Part shown: in pieces, positions 59,471 to 64,000 of the stretch | How the letters are laid out: every line of letters starts with the position of its first letter | Numbering within the stretch: the stretch's first letter is position 1 | Assembly (NCBI GenBank): GCA_963705105.1 | Contig: CAVPIW010000005.1 | Location: forward strand, 320,001-384,000 | Length of the DNA: 64,000 nt | Direction: 5' to 3' | Origin: an uncultured Nitrospiraceae bacterium | Lineage (GTDB): Bacteria > Nitrospirota > Thermodesulfovibrionia > Thermodesulfovibrionales > Dissulfurispiraceae | Notes under the pieces: generated by a model | Told to the model about the DNA's origin: nothing | Databases searched by the model: none | Seen by the model: the letters and a program-made list of their open reading frames with translations, nothing else | Translations under genes and position numbers: made by a program

Positions 59471-59674
59471 AAGTTTTCTCCTTTTTGTTTCAATGTTGGT
59501 TTTTGAAAACAGCCTGGATCGGCTGAAAACCTTTCCGTTTACGTAAAAATCCAGCGACCATAACTTCGTCATTCATGGAAGCCCCCTCCTTTCTCGTGCG
59601 CTGCCATGAACCTGATTTACCGCACGCTGTCCTGATGTTACCGAGTTCTCCTTGCACTTATTACGGGGCGCATC

Positions 59675-61447
59675 TCACTCCGATGCAGTTTCCTGTGTCA
59701 CCCGTCCCGTCTCCCCGCGAAATGCCGCAATCGCATGGCGGTTGGTCGGGTACATCCGGTTTTTCCCGATCAATTCCAGCAGATGATATTGCGCCAACAA
59801 AGCAGTGGTCGGCTGATTGGCACGGCTTACGGCAACGGTCACCCCACGTTTGGTCAGCCACGTCAGGACCTGATGCAGTGTTTGCTCACCGGTCGTGTCA
59901 ATATCAACCATGGCTTCCGCATCAAACACAAACCATTTGACGGGTGTGACGGCTTGCGTGACCAGTTTCTCCACCTCTTCCTCAAAAAGAGTGGCATTGG
60001 CGAAATAGAGCGGCGCGCCAAAGCGATACATGATTAACCCGGAGGGTTCCGGGGCATGGCCTGTTTCCTCAGGGATAAAATGACTGCCGTCCGGCGCTTC
60101 CTGTAACACCCAGGTGCCGGGCCGGGAAGCCCGCCGGAGCAGATCAATCGTGGCAAGCAGAAAGGCAATGATGACAGCCTGCAATGGCCCAAAAACCAGA
60201 ACACTGAGCAGGCAGACCGCGGCAACCCAGAATTCAGACCGGCGCATCTGCCACAATTCCCGAAGCTCCCCGACCTCGATCAGATTCAACACGGCACTGG
60301 CGACAACCCCGGCCAATGCCGCAGTGGGCAGGTACGCCAATTCATCGGTAAAGAAAACCATGACCAGGGCAACCACTACTGCCGCCACCAGACTCGAGAG
60401 TTGGGTGCGGGACCCGGCGGCGTCCATCGCCGCGGTGCGCGAGGCACTGGGTCCCGAGACCAGCGAACCGGTGAATCCGCTGACGACACTGGTCATGCCG
60501 TAGGCAAACAACACCTGGTCACCATCCGCCTTGGTGTTGTGCTTGCGGCTGCAGCTGCGGACCAGCAGCAATGCCTCGCACAGGGTGATGCCGACCACCG
60601 CCATGGCGCCGGGCAGCAGGCGCAGATAGTCGGCAAACGGCACATTGGGCAGCGTCAGGGATGGTAGTCCCGGCGGCAGCGACCCCAGCACTTTAACCCC
60701 TTTTTGGTCCAGGCCGAACAGGGCTACGGTGAGCGTCATCAGGACCAGGGCTATCAGCGCCGCCGGTGCTTTGGGCAAGTATTTTTTCATCAGACGCACG
60801 ATAACAAAAGCCCCCAGCCCGATCGCGACTGAGTAAAGATTCGCATGGGGTATGGACTCAAACAGAGCGATGACTTCCACAAAATAACCCGTGGTGTCAA
60901 CGGTAGTTGCCATCGAATCCTTGAGATGGTGGGCGACCGCCGCCAATCCCGATACTTCACCATGAGAAGCCCCAAGGATCCTCCTGACCTGGTTTGTCAA
61001 CACCTCGATCCCCAGACCGGTGATGAAGCCGGCCAGCACCGCCCGGGACAGGAAATTGGCAAGAAACGCCAGCCGGAAGAACCAGAACACAAAGAACAGC
61101 AGGCCGCACATCATAGCAAGGGCCAGGGCGTATTGCACCCGGAGAGGGTCCCCAACCGGAGCAAAGCCGATAAGCATTGCTCCCATGATCGCAGAAATGG
61201 GGGCGTCCGGGCTTCCCACGACATGGCGCGAGCTGGTGAAGAGGGCAAATATCGCCAGCGGAATGATGCCCGCATAGAGGCCGAACACAGGAGGTAACCC
61301 GGCTACCTGCGCATATCCAATATTGAGGGGGATGATCAGGGCTGCCAGGGTAATCCCCGCTGAGATCTCGCGGGGAACATTTTCCCACGTCATTCCCTGC
61401 AAACCTGAAAACATCGTGGGCCATTGGAACTTATTTGCGGTGCTCAT
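59675..61447 (-). CDS. SulP family anion transporter with STAS domain
   Basis: IPLNIGYAQVAGLPPVFGLY, APLYFAN, DIDTTG. Confidence 0.92.
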   Translation of the reverse strand: MSTANKFQWPTMFSGLQGMTWENVPREISAGITLAALIIPLNIGYAQVAGLPPVFGLYAGIIPLAIFALFTSSRHVVGSPDAPISAIMGAMLIGFAPVGDPLRVQYALALAMMCGLLFFVFWFFRLAFLANFLSRAVLAGFITGLGIEVLTNQVRRILGASHGEVSGLAAVAHHLKDSMATTVDTTGYFVEVIALFESIPHANLYSVAIGLGAFVIVRLMKKYLPKAPAALIALVLMTLTVALFGLDQKGVKVLGSLPPGLPSLTLPNVPFADYLRLLPGAMAVVGITLCEALLLVRSCSRKHNTKADGDQVLFAYGMTSVVSGFTGSLVSGPSASRTAAMDAAGSRTQLSSLVAAVVVALVMVFFTDELAYLPTAALAGVVASAVLNLIEVGELRELWQMRRSEFWVAAVCLLSVLVFGPLQAVIIAFLLATIDLLRRASRPGTWVLQEAPDGSHFIPEETGHAPEPSGLIMYRFGAPLYFANATLFEEEVEKLVTQAVTPVKWFVFDAEAMVDIDTTGEQTLHQVLTWLTKRGVTVAVSRANQPTTALLAQYHLLELIGKNRMYPTNRHAIAAFRGETGRVTQETASE

Positions 61448-61570
61448 ATAGCAATCCTTTTCTTGTTCGATCTTTCCATTTGAGAGGTCCGGCCACCTTG
61501 ATGCACCTGGTTCATTGCATGCCGCCCTGATGGTGCACTGTATTTCACCTGCTTTTCACGCTTCCCTGAT

Positions 61571-62095
61571 TCACTGGCCGGCTCTTTTCTGGAGAAAGAG
61601 AGCCCGGATCTTTTCCGCTCCCAACACGCGCGCCAACTCCTTGACGCCGAAGAAGGGGATGAATATGACGAAGAGCATCACACTCCCGGCGAGAAATTCA
61701 TGAGGACCGTCCTTGAAGTAGTCAATGACGCCTCCCGTGAGCCCCTTCCCCTTAAAAAGTCCCTTGATCGCATGCTCGGCGAGGGTAAAGACAGCGACAA
61801 AGATCGTAAAGACGACAGTCTTGTAAAGGGTGGGATAGATCAGGGGCTTCTGTTCAAGGCCCCGACCGAGGCGCAGCACAGCTCCGATCATGATCACTTT
61901 TGCAAGAATCAAGGCTTGGATCACGGCCACGCCGTAATCCGTGTACGTGATATCATAGGCAGCCAGAAGAAATCTTCGGTACTGCGTGAAAGCCGCGAAC
62001 ACCACCGCGAGGTATGCGACATTTATCCAGTACTCGACCAACTCATGGAAAATTATGTTCTTCCAGTCCTTTTTTTTCTTGTCAGGGCTACTCAT
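61571..62095 (-). CDS. Hypothetical membrane protein
   Basis: Four TM segments, GGAGG RBS. Confidence 0.7.
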   Translation of the reverse strand: MSSPDKKKKDWKNIIFHELVEYWINVAYLAVVFAAFTQYRRFLLAAYDITYTDYGVAVIQALILAKVIMIGAVLRLGRGLEQKPLIYPTLYKTVVFTIFVAVFTLAEHAIKGLFKGKGLTGGVIDYFKDGPHEFLAGSVMLFVIFIPFFGVKELARVLGAEKIRALFLQKRAGQ

Positions 62096-62185
62096 GATCT
62101 ATGGCCCTCCCACGAAGCATCGTTCCCTCTGCTCAGCTGATAGTGACACGTTCAGGTCTGTCGCCACGACGTTTCTTCCGCTCTT

Positions 62186-63874
62186 TCACTTTGCCGCGAC
62201 CATGGAACGCGACAGCATGCCGCCGGAGATGTTTCGGGCCTTGAACCCGTTCTGCAGCAGGATCCGCGTCGCCCAGTAGGCACGCCCGCCGGAGCGGCAG
62301 ATGACGTGGATCTCGCGGTCGCGGGGCAGTTCGCCGAGGCGTGCGCGGAGCGCCGGCAACGGAATGTTGACCGCACCGGGCACGGACTCCGCGGCAAGTT
62401 CCGGCGGGTTGCGGACGTCAAGGAGGAACTTGCCGTCCACGGAGTCCCAGTGGCAGAGCGGCATATCGCCCCGGAGGACATTGGCTGAAACCATCCCCGC
62501 AAAGTTGACGGGATCCTTCGCGCTTCCGAAGGCGGGCGCGTAGCAGAGCTCTGCTTCTTCCAGGTCGTACACCGTGGCGCCCAGCTGGATCGCCATGGCA
62601 AGGACATCGATCCGCTTGTCAACGCCGTCCAGGCCCAGCGCCTGCGCCCCGAGCAGACGTCCGTCGGATTTCCGGAATATGACTTTCAGCACGATCGTTT
62701 TGGCGCCAGGGTAGTACCCCGCGTGCGAGTTCGGGAACAGGTAGACCTTATCGAAGTCATCATGGCCCAGGCGCTTGAGAAGCTTCTCGTTGGCGCCCGT
62801 CATGGCGACCGTGGCCCCGAAGATCCCGATGACCGAGGTGCCCTGGGTGCCGCGGAACCTCGAGTCGCGTCCGGCGATTACATCGGCTGCGATGCGGCCC
62901 TGCCGGTTCGCAGGCCCTGCCAGCGGGATCAGGGACCATTCCCCGGTGACGAAATCCTTGACTTCGACCGCGTCTCCGACAGCGAAGATATCCGGGTTGC
63001 TCGTGCGCATGTGTTCGTCGACGCGAATCCCTCCGCGCCGGCCGATCTCGAGCCCGGCCGCCTTTGCCAGCTCCGCCTCAGGACGCACGCCGATGGCGAG
63101 GATCACGATGTCTGCCGGATGAGCCTTGCCGGATTTCGTGAGAACCTCCAGCGAGCCGCCCGCGGTCTGCTTGAAGCCGGCCACTGCGTCACTGAGCGCG
63201 AGGCGGATGCCGTTCTTTTCGAGGTGGCGCTCAACGAGACGGGCGCATTCGAGGTCGAGCGGGGCCATGACCTGGTCGAGCATCTCGACGATCGTCACTT
63301 CAAGACCGCGGTGGACCAGGTTCTCCGCCATCTCGAGTCCGATATACCCTCCGCCCACAACCACCGCGCGTTTCGGCTTCTCCAGCGGCCGGAATCCGGC
63401 GGATGCCTGCTCCTCGGTCAGCTCGCTGGCACCCCTCTCGATCCACTCCCGGATATTCCTCGCGTCCGGCACGGTGCGCACCGAGAAGATCCCCGGGAGG
63501 TCGATGCCGGGCAGGGGCGGGCGGATCGGGGCCGCCCCCGGCGAGAGCACGAGCTTGTCGTAGGACTCGGTCGTCACCTCGCCGGTGGAGACATTGCGCA
63601 GCTCAACGGTCTTCTTATCCGGTGAGATATTCACGGCTTCGCATTTCGTGCGCACATCGATCGCGAACATTGCACGGAACATCTGCTCCGAGAACACGAG
63701 GAGGCTCGACTCCTGCTCGATCAGGCCGCCGACATGGTAGGGGAGCCCGCAGTTCGCGTACGAAACATAGGGTCCGCGCTCCACCATGAGGATCTCGGCA
63801 TTTTCATCCAATCTGCGCAGCCGCGCCGCACACGACGCACCCCCTGCCACTCCGCCAACAATGATGACTTTCAT
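62186..63874 (-). CDS. CoA-disulfide reductase/persulfide reductase-like flavoprotein with rhodanese domain
   Basis: GGVAGG, SYANCGLPY, GGGYIG, YAPAF, C-terminal CRSGGR. Confidence 0.9.
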   Translation of the reverse strand: MKVIIVGGVAGGASCAARLRRLDENAEILMVERGPYVSYANCGLPYHVGGLIEQESSLLVFSEQMFRAMFAIDVRTKCEAVNISPDKKTVELRNVSTGEVTTESYDKLVLSPGAAPIRPPLPGIDLPGIFSVRTVPDARNIREWIERGASELTEEQASAGFRPLEKPKRAVVVGGGYIGLEMAENLVHRGLEVTIVEMLDQVMAPLDLECARLVERHLEKNGIRLALSDAVAGFKQTAGGSLEVLTKSGKAHPADIVILAIGVRPEAELAKAAGLEIGRRGGIRVDEHMRTSNPDIFAVGDAVEVKDFVTGEWSLIPLAGPANRQGRIAADVIAGRDSRFRGTQGTSVIGIFGATVAMTGANEKLLKRLGHDDFDKVYLFPNSHAGYYPGAKTIVLKVIFRKSDGRLLGAQALGLDGVDKRIDVLAMAIQLGATVYDLEEAELCYAPAFGSAKDPVNFAGMVSANVLRGDMPLCHWDSVDGKFLLDVRNPPELAAESVPGAVNIPLPALRARLGELPRDREIHVICRSGGRAYWATRILLQNGFKARNISGGMLSRSMVAAK

Positions 63875-64000
63875 TGTCTTCCCTCCTTATTCATTATTCA
63901 TTGGCTTGATCTTCCGCATCACAAAAGCTGTATAAAATCATGAAGAAAACTGACTTCTGTTTCAGGTCCATATCGATTCCTCAACGTTCTCTTTGCCGCC

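Overview
Bacterial chromosomal window, GC-rich and apparently from an anaerobe (gene style suggests Nitrospirota/Deltaproteobacteria; this is inference). It holds housekeeping and stress genes (pyrE, mutL, ZIP transporter, c-type cytochromes, GH15, multicopper oxidase/TolC, PfpI, nitroreductase, SOD), a vapBC module and a TIR-bounded tyrosine (RAYT-like) transposase. A long minus-strand accessory block follows (DUF3141-pta-ackA-fabI, DUF3300/DUF2950, GH13, patatin, glgP, flavocytochrome c, RND pump, GH63, rhodanese, SulP, CoA-disulfide reductase). The best candidate for a new system is a small ORF absent from the ORF track (14619) upstream of a radical SAM/SPASM enzyme. It reads C-x-x-TGA-x-x-TGA-x-x-TGA and is followed by a SECIS-like hairpin, so it may be a selenocysteine RiPP precursor. 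The second candidate is a GIY-YIG nuclease gene enclosed by perfect 30-bp inverted GTCATTCC palindromes, whose gene-less relatives occur six more times in the window. Intergenic DNA also carries about 10 copies of a ~200-bp MITE-like element with TTWA target duplications. The single-base frameshifts in mutL and the RND genes may be sequencing errors. No rRNA, tRNA or CRISPR array was seen. All family assignments come from motif recognition, not database searches.
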